64,000 nucleotides of DNA. Origin: Candidatus Omnitrophota bacterium (GTDB taxonomy: Bacteria; Omnitrophota; Gorgyraeia; B26-G9). Under the pieces are notes generated by a model. That model did no database searches, was not told where the DNA came from, and worked only from the letters and a program-made list of their open reading frames with translations. Of this stretch, positions 26,855 to 36,715 are shown piece after piece (the stretch's first letter is position 1; each line of letters begins with the position of its first letter). The DNA is taken from contig JAZDHZ010000043.1 in NCBI GenBank assembly GCA_043805415.1, positions 5,844-69,843 of the forward strand, in the 5' to 3' direction. The position numbers and the translations under genes were made by a program.

Positions 26855-27436
26855 CTAATAATGAGACATTATTGTTTCCACGGTTTTGTTATTAATTTTT
26901 GGATGCGCGACTGTAACCACAATACTTTTATAATAAGTTGAAGCTCCAGCTGGTTCCCATGTATTATTATTAATTCGCGTGTATTTTACTTTTACGCTTC
27001 TGGTAAAGTCCTTGAAATCAGTTAACACAATGCCGTCAATAGTTTTGGGCGGTTTGCTGCTCCAGTTATTGTAATCATCAATATCATCAAAAGTAGAGCG
27101 GTTATTCGGATCTTCGCCAAAATCAGTGCCCAAAGCTCCCAAACTGACTGGTTCATCAGGAAACTCATTCTCATCAAATCGCTTACCTTTGATTTCTTCG
27201 ATTAAATCATCAGCTAAATCAGTGGCTTGGGTAACTATTTCCGCATTAATATTGCCTTGAAATCCAATATAAAATTGAGATAAGAGAGGGATTAGAGCCA
27301 AGGCCAGAATCATTACTGCCATCAGCACCTCAATATAAGAAAACCCCGCTTGAGCAGATACTCTTGCGAGGTTGGGAAAAAGCGAATAAACTAAATATCG
27401 TATTTGTCTTATTGCTAGCTTAGCTAAGCGTATCAT
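26855..27436 (-). CDS. prepilin-type N-terminal domain protein (minor pilin/pseudopilin)
   Basis: AGFSYIEVLMAVMILALALIPLL prepilin-like motif after a 25-aa leader. Confidence 0.55.
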   Translation of the reverse strand: MIRLAKLAIRQIRYLVYSLFPNLARVSAQAGFSYIEVLMAVMILALALIPLLSQFYIGFQGNINAEIVTQATDLADDLIEEIKGKRFDENEFPDEPVSLGALGTDFGEDPNNRSTFDDIDDYNNWSSKPPKTIDGIVLTDFKDFTRSVKVKYTRINNNTWEPAGASTYYKSIVVTVAHPKINNKTVETIMSHY

Positions 27437-27611
27437 ATGCCAACCGTATTTACAGTTATTTAATTAAAGTTCTAATCAGTTTTATGATAAATTTATTATA
27501 AAAAAACAGGTAACTGTACTATTTTCCGTTATTTATGGTCAAATTTCTTTTGCCTTGATTTTACCATTTGACTGATACTATGTCAAGCCAATTATCGAGG
27601 GAAAACTTTAC

Positions 27612-27641
27612 TTGACAGCTAATTGCCCTTAATGATAAAAT
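27612..27641 (+). promoter_or_regulatory. sigma70-like promoter (TTGACA - 18 bp - TAAAAT) upstream of pilin gene
   Basis: Hexamers read directly; lies in the divergent intergenic region between the minus-strand and plus-strand pilus operons. Confidence 0.35.
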
Positions 27642-27696
27642 TAAACACGGAAACCCTTTTAATTAAATATGTTAAAAAAAAAATTCACTACATAGA

Positions 27697-28161
27697 ATGC
27701 TTGATTTTTTTCCTGCGGTCCGGAAAAATTTTGGGTTTAGTTTGATTGAGCTGCTGATTGTTATTTCGATTATCGGAGTAATGTCTTTATTAGGGATTCC
27801 GCTGTTTAAGGATTATGTGCAATTTTCAGCTTTAAAAAGCGATGCTTGGAAGGTGGTTTCGGATTTTCGTTCATACCGACAACTGGCGATTATTGAGCAT
27901 TGCAATTATCGGTTTGTATTTGATCTAAACAGCGATTCATATAAAATAGAGCAAAGGGATTCCGGAACCAATGCTTTAATTGCAACCATTGCCACCAGAA
28001 CACTTAGCAATGATATTACCCAAGCTGTGGATACTACTTTTATGCCTAAGGGCCAGGCTGATCCAGCAGCAACGATACTGATAAAAGGGAAGAATTCAGC
28101 AGACAAAGTAACGATCACGGTGTTCGCGACTACTGGTTTGTCAAAAATGACTGGGCCATAA
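27697..28161 (+). CDS. type IV pilin (prepilin with class III signal)
   Basis: FGFSLIELLIVISIIGVMS canonical prepilin cleavage/methylation motif (G-F-x-x-x-E) followed by hydrophobic alpha1 helix; 154 aa. Confidence 0.7.
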   Translation: MLDFFPAVRKNFGFSLIELLIVISIIGVMSLLGIPLFKDYVQFSALKSDAWKVVSDFRSYRQLAIIEHCNYRFVFDLNSDSYKIEQRDSGTNALIATIATRTLSNDITQAVDTTFMPKGQADPAATILIKGKNSADKVTITVFATTGLSKMTGP

Positions 28162-28167
28162 AATAAT

Positions 28168-29763
28168 ATGCTACCTAAAATCAAACAAATTAAAGGCAAT
28201 TTAGATCAGGAAATCAATCTTTTTGAGCCAGGACAAAAACTGGTGAGTATTGATATTGGTTCTGAATTGATTAAGCTGGTGGTGCTTAAAGAAGCGCCGA
28301 TCGGCACGCGTTTGATCACTCTGGCTTGTGTGGAAATTCCCCCAGCAGCTGACGCGGAAACACCAGAAGACGCGAACAAAAGAATAAACTCTGCTTTAAA
28401 AAAAGCAATTAGCCAGCTAAGCACCCCAATTAAAAAAGTAAATACAATTATTATTACTCCGTCTTTAAATATTAAAAATATCAGTTTGCCTTTGATGCCG
28501 GATGAAGAATTAAAAGAATCGGTTAAATGGGAAATGGAACAGAATATTACTTATCCTATTGATACCGCTACCGTAGATTTTTTAATTGCCGGAGAAACTA
28601 TCCGTTCAGGAGCCAAGAATCTAGAATTAGAAGTTGTGGCAGCGCAGAATGAAGAGATCAATCAGTTTATCCAGAAATATACGGATAATAAATTGATAGT
28701 AAGCTCGATTAATATCCCGGCTTTTTGTCTTTGGAATACATTTCAAAAATCGAATCAATGGAAAGAAGATGACACAATCGCTTTGGTTGATATTGGCGCC
28801 AGCTCTACAAAAATATGCATTTTTACTAATAATATCCTTAAATTCACCCGGGAAATATTTTTTGGCAGCAAGACAATTACCGCTGCTTTGCAAAAAGATA
28901 ATAATCTTGCTTACGCGGAAGCGGAAAATCTTAAGATCAGGTATGGCTTAACTGAGTCTGCGACTTATTATCAAAGTGTGGCTGATTCGCTTAAAGAACT
29001 GACTGGCCAGATGAATCGATCCTTTGGTTATTATAAAGCCCAATTTCATATTGAACGTGTTGATCGGCTAATTGTTTATGGCGGCACCTCAAAAATGATT
29101 AATTTAGACAAATTTCTTAGTGAAGAACTAGGGATATTTGCTGAAATCGGTAAACCGTTCAATGGTTTATTGTTTAATCAAAAGGCGTTTGAAAATCTTG
29201 ATGATTTCGCGGCTTTTTTCGGCATGGCTATTGGCGCTGCCATGACCAGCGGAAATGCCAAACGAATAAATCTTTTACCTGCTGAACTGCGTAAAGACAA
29301 GACCGTGGGCATGAAAAAAGCTTTGTTTAAGATTATTCCATTACTAATAATCTTTGCTCTGTTTTTCATATACATCAGATTGATCGATACAGAAAAAAAA
29401 CTTACGCGGGAAAAAGTAGCAAAAGAATTAATAATCAGCACTTGGAAAGAACAGCAGGAGTATGAAAGAAAACTAAAATTTCTAAAGTCATTGCCTGACG
29501 CGCAGGATTCATGGATTAAGATTTTTCGGGGAGTCAGTGAGATTATTCCCGAAGGGGTTTGGCTTGACTCAATTACGATTGAAGAGAAAAACAAAAAAAT
29601 TGTTTTAAAAGGCGCCGGACAGACGAATATCATTGTTATGGAACTTGTCCGCAAGCTGGAATCATTGCCTTATTTCAGCAATGTGAGGCTTGAGTCTGTT
29701 GAAGAAAAAGGCGATGAAAAAGCGCCTACGACTTATTTTAAAATAACCATCGGGAAAAAATAA
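28168..29763 (+). CDS. type IV pilus assembly PilM-PilN fusion protein
   Basis: N-terminal actin-like PilM (VSIDIGSELIKLVVL, IDIGASSTKICIF) followed by INLLPAELRKDK + TM helix characteristic of the PilN N-terminus. Confidence 0.7.
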   Translation: MLPKIKQIKGNLDQEINLFEPGQKLVSIDIGSELIKLVVLKEAPIGTRLITLACVEIPPAADAETPEDANKRINSALKKAISQLSTPIKKVNTIIITPSLNIKNISLPLMPDEELKESVKWEMEQNITYPIDTATVDFLIAGETIRSGAKNLELEVVAAQNEEINQFIQKYTDNKLIVSSINIPAFCLWNTFQKSNQWKEDDTIALVDIGASSTKICIFTNNILKFTREIFFGSKTITAALQKDNNLAYAEAENLKIRYGLTESATYYQSVADSLKELTGQMNRSFGYYKAQFHIERVDRLIVYGGTSKMINLDKFLSEELGIFAEIGKPFNGLLFNQKAFENLDDFAAFFGMAIGAAMTSGNAKRINLLPAELRKDKTVGMKKALFKIIPLLIIFALFFIYIRLIDTEKKLTREKVAKELIISTWKEQQEYERKLKFLKSLPDAQDSWIKIFRGVSEIIPEGVWLDSITIEEKNKKIVLKGAGQTNIIVMELVRKLESLPYFSNVRLESVEEKGDEKAPTTYFKITIGKK

Positions 29764-29765
29764 AT

Positions 29766-30332
29766 ATGGATATGCCGTCAATCAGGTTGCCCAATATTCA
29801 GACAAAGTATAAGGTGATAGCCGCTATTGGAATAATTGCCTTGGTTTTCGGCTATTATTATGATCATGCTTATAAGCCGCACGCGAAAAAAATTGAGGAT
29901 TTACAATCAGAATTGCTTACGTTGGAAGATACTTTGAAAATCATTAAAACTTTAGAATATCCTGATGTTAAAACTGATCAAGCGATCTTAAGTAAGATTC
30001 AAATTAAAAAGAATTCATTCCTTTCCCAAATCGACGGGCATGAAAGTAAACTTGCTAATAAAAATCAGTTTTCTAAAATTCTTGAGCAAATAACGCGTCT
30101 TTCTTATGATGTGGGTTTTGATATAAAAGCCTTAGAGCCCAAAGAGTTTACCTTGAAGCAGGATTATAACAGCATGTATTTAAACATGGAGGTGAATTCC
30201 CGGTTTCAAAACTTGCTTGATTTTCTTGAGCGTTTAAAAGAACTTCCGGTTTTCCCGGAAAGTATTTATATTGATATCAGGGAAAGACCGAATTTAGGCA
30301 TTAGACTTAATCTTTCAATCCTGGCTAGGTAG
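29766..30332 (+). CDS. PilO-like pilus assembly protein
   Basis: N-terminal TM, coiled-coil then alpha/beta domain; position after PilMN. Confidence 0.5.
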   Translation: MDMPSIRLPNIQTKYKVIAAIGIIALVFGYYYDHAYKPHAKKIEDLQSELLTLEDTLKIIKTLEYPDVKTDQAILSKIQIKKNSFLSQIDGHESKLANKNQFSKILEQITRLSYDVGFDIKALEPKEFTLKQDYNSMYLNMEVNSRFQNLLDFLERLKELPVFPESIYIDIRERPNLGIRLNLSILAR

Positions 30333-30336
30333 GAAA

Positions 30337-30867
30337 ATGAATAAAATAGCGAAAAATAAAAATCAGATTCTTGAAGTTCTGAACCGGCTTGCCGCAAAGC
30401 GTTTTTCGAATAATGAAAAAATCGCTTTGATTATTATTTTTATTATTATCGGTTTAATCGGTAATTATTATTTTAACAATTGGATTGCCGCTTTAAAAAG
30501 TAAAAATAGTGTGGTTATTCCTATATCGCCGCCGATTATTCCCAAATTGCCTGATCCGCTTATTATAAAACCAGTAAAATTTGAAGAACCGATTTTTCCG
30601 GAAATAAATACTCCGACACTGCGCGATCCATTTCTCTCATCTAAAAATCCGCAAGAACTGAAAACTATTGTCACCAAAAAACCTTCGGTGGAATTAAAAC
30701 TCAGCGGGATTCTCTGGGATGACAAGATCCCCTCGGCAATCATAAACTCAAGTATTGTAAAAATCGGGGATTTGATTGAAGGCAAAACAGTAGTTGACAT
30801 AGAAAAGAACCAGGTAGTTGTGATGGAAGACGGCAAAATTCTTATCCTGGAACTTAGAAAACAATAA
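30337..30867 (+). CDS. hypothetical membrane-anchored pilus-operon protein (PilP-like?)
   Basis: TM helix then Pro-rich linker and beta-rich C-terminus; last gene of pilMNO block. Confidence 0.3.
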   Translation: MNKIAKNKNQILEVLNRLAAKRFSNNEKIALIIIFIIIGLIGNYYFNNWIAALKSKNSVVIPISPPIIPKLPDPLIIKPVKFEEPIFPEINTPTLRDPFLSSKNPQELKTIVTKKPSVELKLSGILWDDKIPSAIINSSIVKIGDLIEGKTVVDIEKNQVVVMEDGKILILELRKQ

Positions 30868-30945
30868 ATTTTTTTCCCGGGATTGGTTCGGCTTTTCATC
30901 TCAGGATATTAATATTTAAAAAAATCTTAAATTATTCTTATAATT

Positions 30946-32130
30946 ATGGAAACAAAACAAAAAAAAATCCGTGTGCTGCATTTAATTACCCGCATGATTG
31001 TGGGCGGAGCCCAGGAAAACACACTATTAACTGTTGTCGGCTTAAATAAAATAGCGGATTATGAGCTCACGCTGTTAACCGGACCTTCTTTAGGCCCAGA
31101 AGGAGCTTTGCTCAATAACCAGACCAGTGGTTTTAAGCTGGAGGTCTGTCCATTTCTAATAAGGAATATTAACCCGATTTTTGATTTAATCGCGTTTTGG
31201 AAAATATATTGGTTTATTAAAAAAAACAAAATCGATATTGTCCATACGCACAGCTCAAAAGCCGGAATCTTGGGCCGTGTTGCCGCAAAATTAGCCAAGG
31301 TTCCGATCATTATTCACACAATTCATGGTTTGCCGTTTTTTGCCGAGCAGAATAATTTAATTAATAAAATCTATATTTTTCTCGAGAAAGCAGCCGCCAG
31401 GTTTACGGACGCGATAATCTGCGTGTCTCAATCAATTATTGATGAAGCGGTGCAAGCCCATATTGCTAAAAAAGAAAAATTTGTAAAAATTTACAGCGGC
31501 ATTGACCTGACTCATTATCATTCGGATGAGCAGATTCGGCAGGCTTATAGAAAAAGACTGTCAATTCCTGAAGACAGTCTGGTGGTAGGGAAATTAGCAC
31601 GCTTATTTAATTTAAAAGGCCATAATTTTCTCTTGGAAGCAGCAGTGATTGTTAAACAAAAATTCCCGAATCTTAAACTCTTATTTATCGGCGATGGGAT
31701 TTTAAAAAAACAATTAGAACAAAAAGCAAAGAAACTCGGGCTTGAGGATTGCCTAATTTTAACGCGTTTAATCCGGCCGGAAGCAGTACCTTATTATCTG
31801 CAGTGTGTGGATGTTTTAGCGCATGTATCTTTGCATGAAGGCTTACCTAGGGCAGTTGTTCAGGGCTTTGCCTTGGAAATTCCAGCGGTTTGTTTTGATT
31901 TAGATGGAGCCAAGGATATTATTCGCAATGGAGTTAATGGTATCTTGGTCAGCCCGAAAAATGTTCCGGAACTGGCAAAAGCCTTGTCTAAACTGCTTGG
32001 CGATAAAGCGCTGCGACGGCAAATGGGTGAGCAAGGTAAAAAAATTGTCCAGGATGCTTTTGACAGCCAAACAATGGTTTTGGCAATTGATTTTGTTTAT
32101 CGAAGATTATTAAAATCATGTGGAAATTAA
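30946..32130 (+). CDS. GT4-family glycosyltransferase
   Basis: EGLPRAVVQGFALEIPAVCFDLDGAKDIIRNGVNGILV matches the GT-B C-terminal E-x7-E region of GT4 enzymes. Confidence 0.75.
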   Translation: METKQKKIRVLHLITRMIVGGAQENTLLTVVGLNKIADYELTLLTGPSLGPEGALLNNQTSGFKLEVCPFLIRNINPIFDLIAFWKIYWFIKKNKIDIVHTHSSKAGILGRVAAKLAKVPIIIHTIHGLPFFAEQNNLINKIYIFLEKAAARFTDAIICVSQSIIDEAVQAHIAKKEKFVKIYSGIDLTHYHSDEQIRQAYRKRLSIPEDSLVVGKLARLFNLKGHNFLLEAAVIVKQKFPNLKLLFIGDGILKKQLEQKAKKLGLEDCLILTRLIRPEAVPYYLQCVDVLAHVSLHEGLPRAVVQGFALEIPAVCFDLDGAKDIIRNGVNGILVSPKNVPELAKALSKLLGDKALRRQMGEQGKKIVQDAFDSQTMVLAIDFVYRRLLKSCGN

Positions 32131-33191
32131 TTTATAGCTATATTTTTATTTTTAGTTTATTTGCTTCCTTGGTCCTGGTAAGCGCTTTTCGCCGCCTGGC
32201 TATCCGCTGGCAGGTTGTTGATCTGCCCCAGGCGCAGAGAAAAATTCATACCCAGTCCACGCCGCTTTTAGGCGGAGCAGCAATGTACGCGGCATTTACT
32301 TTAACCATTGGCCTGAATCTGCTCCTGATTTATTTTTTCTTTGCCAAAGGAATGCTTCCTGAATACATCACTGTGTATCTAGCCGGGATAAAATTAATTA
32401 CACTCCAGCTGAGCGCGATTCTAGGCACAACTTTTGTTTTAGTGCTTATGGGAATTTATGATGATATTAAAGGCCTTGGCGCTAAAACTAAATTAGGCAT
32501 TGAAATAATCCTGGCCAGCATTGTTTTTTTCAGCGGAATCAAAATCAGCTTATTTATCCATAATCCGTTTATTTGCTGGCTGATTACGGTTTTATGGATT
32601 GTCGGGATCAGCAATGCTTTTAATTTACTTGATAATATGGATGGCTTGAGCAGCGGGATTGCTTTAATCTCCAGCATTATATTTTTTCTGGTTGCTGTGT
32701 CTGGCCACCATTTTTTTGTGGCCACGATTCTGGCTTGTTTTTCCGGAGTAATGCTCGGGTTTTTATGGTTTAATTTTCCGCCGGCCAAGGTATTTATGGG
32801 TGATGCCGGCAGTTTATTCATTGGCTATACTTTGAGCCTGCTGACAATCATCAATACTTATTATACCCATTCCGCGCCAACTATCGCGCCGGTAATCATG
32901 CCTTTATTAATCATGGCTGTGCCGATTTTTGATACCTTGTCCGTGATCCGCATCCGTTTAAAAAATAAAGTATCGATTTTTCAGGCTGATAAAAATCATC
33001 TTTCGCACCGCCTGATGCAGCGGGGAATGAGCGTAAAACAGACATTGTTTTTTATTTATCTGTTAAGTTTCGCCATTGGACTGGGCGGATTATTGCTTAC
33101 TGCTTTAAACGCGCAGGGATGTTATCTAGTTTTAATTCAGGCAATCTGCATTATTTTAATCATTGCTATTTTAGAAGGGAATAAACAATGA
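32118..33191 (+). CDS. polyprenyl-phosphate N-acetylhexosamine-1-phosphate transferase (WecA/MraY family)
   Basis: NAFNLLDNMDGL and FMGDAGSLFIGY motifs diagnostic of MraY/WecA superfamily; about 10 TM helices. Confidence 0.8.
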   Translation: MWKLIYSYIFIFSLFASLVLVSAFRRLAIRWQVVDLPQAQRKIHTQSTPLLGGAAMYAAFTLTIGLNLLLIYFFFAKGMLPEYITVYLAGIKLITLQLSAILGTTFVLVLMGIYDDIKGLGAKTKLGIEIILASIVFFSGIKISLFIHNPFICWLITVLWIVGISNAFNLLDNMDGLSSGIALISSIIFFLVAVSGHHFFVATILACFSGVMLGFLWFNFPPAKVFMGDAGSLFIGYTLSLLTIINTYYTHSAPTIAPVIMPLLIMAVPIFDTLSVIRIRLKNKVSIFQADKNHLSHRLMQRGMSVKQTLFFIYLLSFAIGLGGLLLTALNAQGCYLVLIQAICIILIIAILEGNKQ

Positions 33192-35140
33192 TCCGGCTGA
33201 TCTTGGCAATGCTTGTCATAGTCTTATGCTGCTTTTGGCTGGTCTGGCGAAGATTCGACAAAAATATTCCCAATGCCGTACGCTTAATTATTATTTCAAC
33301 CTGCGGGCTTTTTTTCTTAAGAACCATAATCGGTGAAACTTATTTATTTTCCGCTCAGCTGATTTTTCAGGTATTGATTTTTTTTCTTGGTTTTGTTTAT
33401 CTTTTATACCTCTGCATCGGCAAACAACAGCTCGCTAATCAGCCGGTTTGCTTTAGCTTGAATTTATTTGATAAATTATTTTTTCTGTTTATAAGTTTTT
33501 TAACCATAAGCGTTTGGTTTTCGGTTAATAAAGAAGCGAGTATTGCCACGCTGGTTTATTTTTCCTCGCTGTATGTCTGGTATTGGCTGATTGCCAATCT
33601 GCCGCAAGCCAAAAGCATTAACCGGATTTTTCAAGCCATAATTTTTCTTGCCTGCGGTTTATTGATCAGCTATGGTTTTTATCAATATCATATTGGTTTT
33701 CAAACCATGCGCGAGTTTTTAGCTAAAAACCCGGAGTATATGATCCAATCCCGGGAATTTATCCGCAGGATGCAGTCAAACGTTGTATTCGCGACTTTTA
33801 TTTATGCCCCGGCATTTGGCAGCTATTTGACCATGATGTTTTTAACTATCCTGGGATTTTGTTTTGCCCAAGGCAATCTGTTTCAGCCGGCATTTAAACT
33901 GCGATTATGTTTAAAATATGTGCTGCTTTTATTAATCATTCCTTTACTGATTTTAACCAAAGCCAAAGCAGCCTGGCTGGGTTTAGGCATTGGCCTGATT
34001 TGTTTTTTTCTGCTGATTAAACCTAAAACCAGGCAAAAAGGTTTTCTGATCGGAACGCTGCTTAGTTTACTGGGATTATTTACCCTAAGTTTTATCTTGA
34101 TCAGCAGTTCTGATAAAATTCATTTACCCAAACTGGAAAATTTTCTGGTTTCTTTTAAGGTAAGACTGGAATACTGGAAGGCAGCTTTTGCTATGATCAA
34201 ACAGCGGCCTTTGCTTGGCTTTGGCCCTGGAACATTCGGCAGCGTGTATCCTTTGTTTAAAACCCTTAATGCTGAAGAAACAATTATGTGCCACAATAGT
34301 TTTCTTCAGATCTGGGCAGAGGGAGGCAGTTTTGTATTTCTGGCTTTTTGTTTATTTTGGCTGAGCTTTATCCAGCAGGCAATAAGCAGGATTAAAAAGA
34401 TCTTTGGAGCCAGCCGGTTTATCAGTGCTGGCTTATTCTCCGCTATCTTAAGTTTCTTATTTGTCAATCTGCTTGATTTCAGCTTATATGACGGACAAAC
34501 TGCTTTGATTGGTTTTGGGCTTATCGGCTTATTGCAGTATCAGCTTAACTCTGAGCCAAAACTCAATACTGAACATATGCCTAAGCGCAAACTGCATAAA
34601 CTGCTGATTATTTGTATTGGCTGTTTATTTTTAACTTGTGTTCTGGGTTATTCAGGTTTAGTTTATTGCGCGCGGATTTTTGATGATAAAGCTTCTTTTG
34701 AATATAAAAATGCCAGGCTTGAACAGGCATTAGCTTATACCAATAAAGCCATTGGTTTACAGGGGTTTAGCGGAAAATATTATTATCATAAAGGGATTAT
34801 TCTGGAAAAAATGATTTTAAATCCTAAAATCAGCCCTGAGCAGAAAAAGGAATTATTAAACCAGGCAGTTAAAAATTTTGAGCAGGCAGTAAAATTGGAC
34901 TGGTTTATGCCGCATTATCATTATAAATTAGCCACGGTTTTATATTATTTAAATCAGCCGGAAGCTAAACAGCGCGCAGGCAGAGAATTTGAACAAGCCG
35001 CTGCTTTATATCCGGTAAATCCGTTTTATCACGAGCAGCTTGCCGAGTTTTATAATATAAACGGCAAAATTGGTGACGCGCAGAAACAGCAGGCAATTGC
35101 CGCGGAAATGAAAAAATATTTTAAAACCGGAACAAGATAA
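33188..35140 (+). CDS. Wzy_C/O-antigen ligase-family protein with C-terminal TPR repeats (candidate O-oligosaccharyltransferase)
   Basis: Polytopic membrane domain with GFGPGTFGSVYP...HNSFLQIWAEGG Wzy_C signature; C-terminal TPR-like helices. Confidence 0.65.
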   Translation: MIRLILAMLVIVLCCFWLVWRRFDKNIPNAVRLIIISTCGLFFLRTIIGETYLFSAQLIFQVLIFFLGFVYLLYLCIGKQQLANQPVCFSLNLFDKLFFLFISFLTISVWFSVNKEASIATLVYFSSLYVWYWLIANLPQAKSINRIFQAIIFLACGLLISYGFYQYHIGFQTMREFLAKNPEYMIQSREFIRRMQSNVVFATFIYAPAFGSYLTMMFLTILGFCFAQGNLFQPAFKLRLCLKYVLLLLIIPLLILTKAKAAWLGLGIGLICFFLLIKPKTRQKGFLIGTLLSLLGLFTLSFILISSSDKIHLPKLENFLVSFKVRLEYWKAAFAMIKQRPLLGFGPGTFGSVYPLFKTLNAEETIMCHNSFLQIWAEGGSFVFLAFCLFWLSFIQQAISRIKKIFGASRFISAGLFSAILSFLFVNLLDFSLYDGQTALIGFGLIGLLQYQLNSEPKLNTEHMPKRKLHKLLIICIGCLFLTCVLGYSGLVYCARIFDDKASFEYKNARLEQALAYTNKAIGLQGFSGKYYYHKGIILEKMILNPKISPEQKKELLNQAVKNFEQAVKLDWFMPHYHYKLATVLYYLNQPEAKQRAGREFEQAAALYPVNPFYHEQLAEFYNINGKIGDAQKQQAIAAEMKKYFKTGTR

Positions 35141-35197
35141 AGAGCAGTCACAGGTCACAAGACACAAGGTCACAAGCTGCAAGGTCAAATGGCTAAA

Positions 35198-35285
35198 CAG
35201 GGGATTGCTTTTTTGTTGTAATGACGGACAGAAAACTTTGCTTCGAGTAGGGCAAAGCTAAAATAAATAGTCGCTGTCCCTATTT
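35198..35285 (+). repeat. 88-bp structured repeat, copy 1 (nested hairpins GGACAG..CTGTCC and CTTTGC..GCAAAG)
   Basis: Near-identical to 36716-36803 (2-3 mismatches). Confidence 0.6.
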
Positions 35286-35301
35286 TTACTAAAGAGAACC
35301 A

Positions 35302-36057
35302 ATGGGTATATTTGATTTTTTTGTTAAGAAGAAAAAATTTAATCCTGATGGAAAAGTTGCTTGCAAGACTTGCGGTAATATGATTTTACCTATTACAGCC
35401 AATCTCACGGATAATCGATGTAGGCCTTGTTTTAATGCAGTACGCAGAAAACCGCCTTTTGTTGGTGCTTTTCACGATGGATTGGCTACAATTGAACTTG
35501 ACTATAGCGCTCCCAAAGGATTTGTGAATAAAGATAATGTTATTGTGATCAAGCCACGATTTCCTAGGGCATCTAATTTTAGCGAGGGTTTGGCTTGTGT
35601 CTGTGATCCTGAATCATACAAGTATGGATATATTGATAAAAAGGGAAATTATATTATCAAACCCCAGTTTAAAACTGCCGGCGATTTTCATGAGGGACTG
35701 GCTGCGTTTACGCTTGGAGGAACTGAATCTTGGTGCGGGCAGCTTTGGGGATTCATTAATCAGCAAGGTAATGTGGTAATTAAACCAATATATCGTTTTA
35801 ATTCTCCTGATTACACCCCTTATTTTAGCGAGGGGCTGGCGGTAGTTGCCCTAGATTTTCACCTCGGAGAAGCAATACCGGAAATAGATATGGATGTCAT
35901 TGATAGATGGGACCTTGTTTATATTGATAAAAAAGGAGATATTCTTATTCCCGGACCATTTAAAAAAGCATCTGCCTTTAAAAATGGAGTAGCCGAAGTA
36001 GTTATCAAAGGGCGTAATACTACTATTCGTAAAGATGGTTCTATCCAAGAGCAATAA
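35302..36057 (+). CDS. Zn-ribbon + WG-repeat (PF14903-like) protein
   Basis: N-terminal CKTCGN...CRPC zinc ribbon; repeated YIDKKGNYIIKPQF / WGFINQQGNVVIKPIY / YIDKKGDILIP WG-repeat units. Confidence 0.55.
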   Translation: MGIFDFFVKKKKFNPDGKVACKTCGNMILPITANLTDNRCRPCFNAVRRKPPFVGAFHDGLATIELDYSAPKGFVNKDNVIVIKPRFPRASNFSEGLACVCDPESYKYGYIDKKGNYIIKPQFKTAGDFHEGLAAFTLGGTESWCGQLWGFINQQGNVVIKPIYRFNSPDYTPYFSEGLAVVALDFHLGEAIPEIDMDVIDRWDLVYIDKKGDILIPGPFKKASAFKNGVAEVVIKGRNTTIRKDGSIQEQ

Positions 36058-36169
36058 TAATCAGATAAAATGTGGTTTAGAATAGGGGCGAAATCTAAAA
36101 TTCCCCTCTAAAAAAACAGCGGGACAAGCAAGACCTAATCACAATTGTTTTGGGAAGGAAGGAATTGAA

Positions 36170-36580
36170 ATGCAAAAAGTACCATGTGCTATATGCGAAG
36201 TCATGATTTTAACTGGAACAGCAGACAAAACAGGTGGTTTTTGTATTCCTTGTTATAGAAAAAACTTATTTGAGCAAAAAGAATCATTCATTTTAAAGGC
36301 TCAGACCTCTTATGATCAAAAAATGGATAGAGATGAAATAGTGAGCGTATTTTTATTTCGGCAAGAACAAGATTTGCTTAGTGCTTGCAATCGTCTTACC
36401 AAAGAACTTTCCATTTGGTTTGAACTGCGTCGTTCCACAGTAGATGGACAGTTCTCTTATTGGATTGTTGTTAGATACAAGGATGTCAATATCGCGGCTA
36501 AAGCAATTAAGGATTTTGAAGATTTATCACACCCGTTTTATGGCCGTGGAGTTATAGATCAATCAGAATTTTATAAATAG
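36170..36580 (+). CDS. hypothetical protein with N-terminal Zn-ribbon
   Basis: CAICEV...CIPC motif; 136 aa; lies between the two 88-bp repeats. Confidence 0.4.
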   Translation: MQKVPCAICEVMILTGTADKTGGFCIPCYRKNLFEQKESFILKAQTSYDQKMDRDEIVSVFLFRQEQDLLSACNRLTKELSIWFELRRSTVDGQFSYWIVVRYKDVNIAAKAIKDFEDLSHPFYGRGVIDQSEFYK

Positions 36581-36715
36581 TGAAATAAACATCATTGACG
36601 TACTGGGAGTAAAATAGTATTATTTATATATCAAAATACGAATCTTGATCTTACTATGTATTAAGGAATCGGAAGATGACGGCAAAATTAAAATAATCCA
36701 GCAATCTCTAAATAA

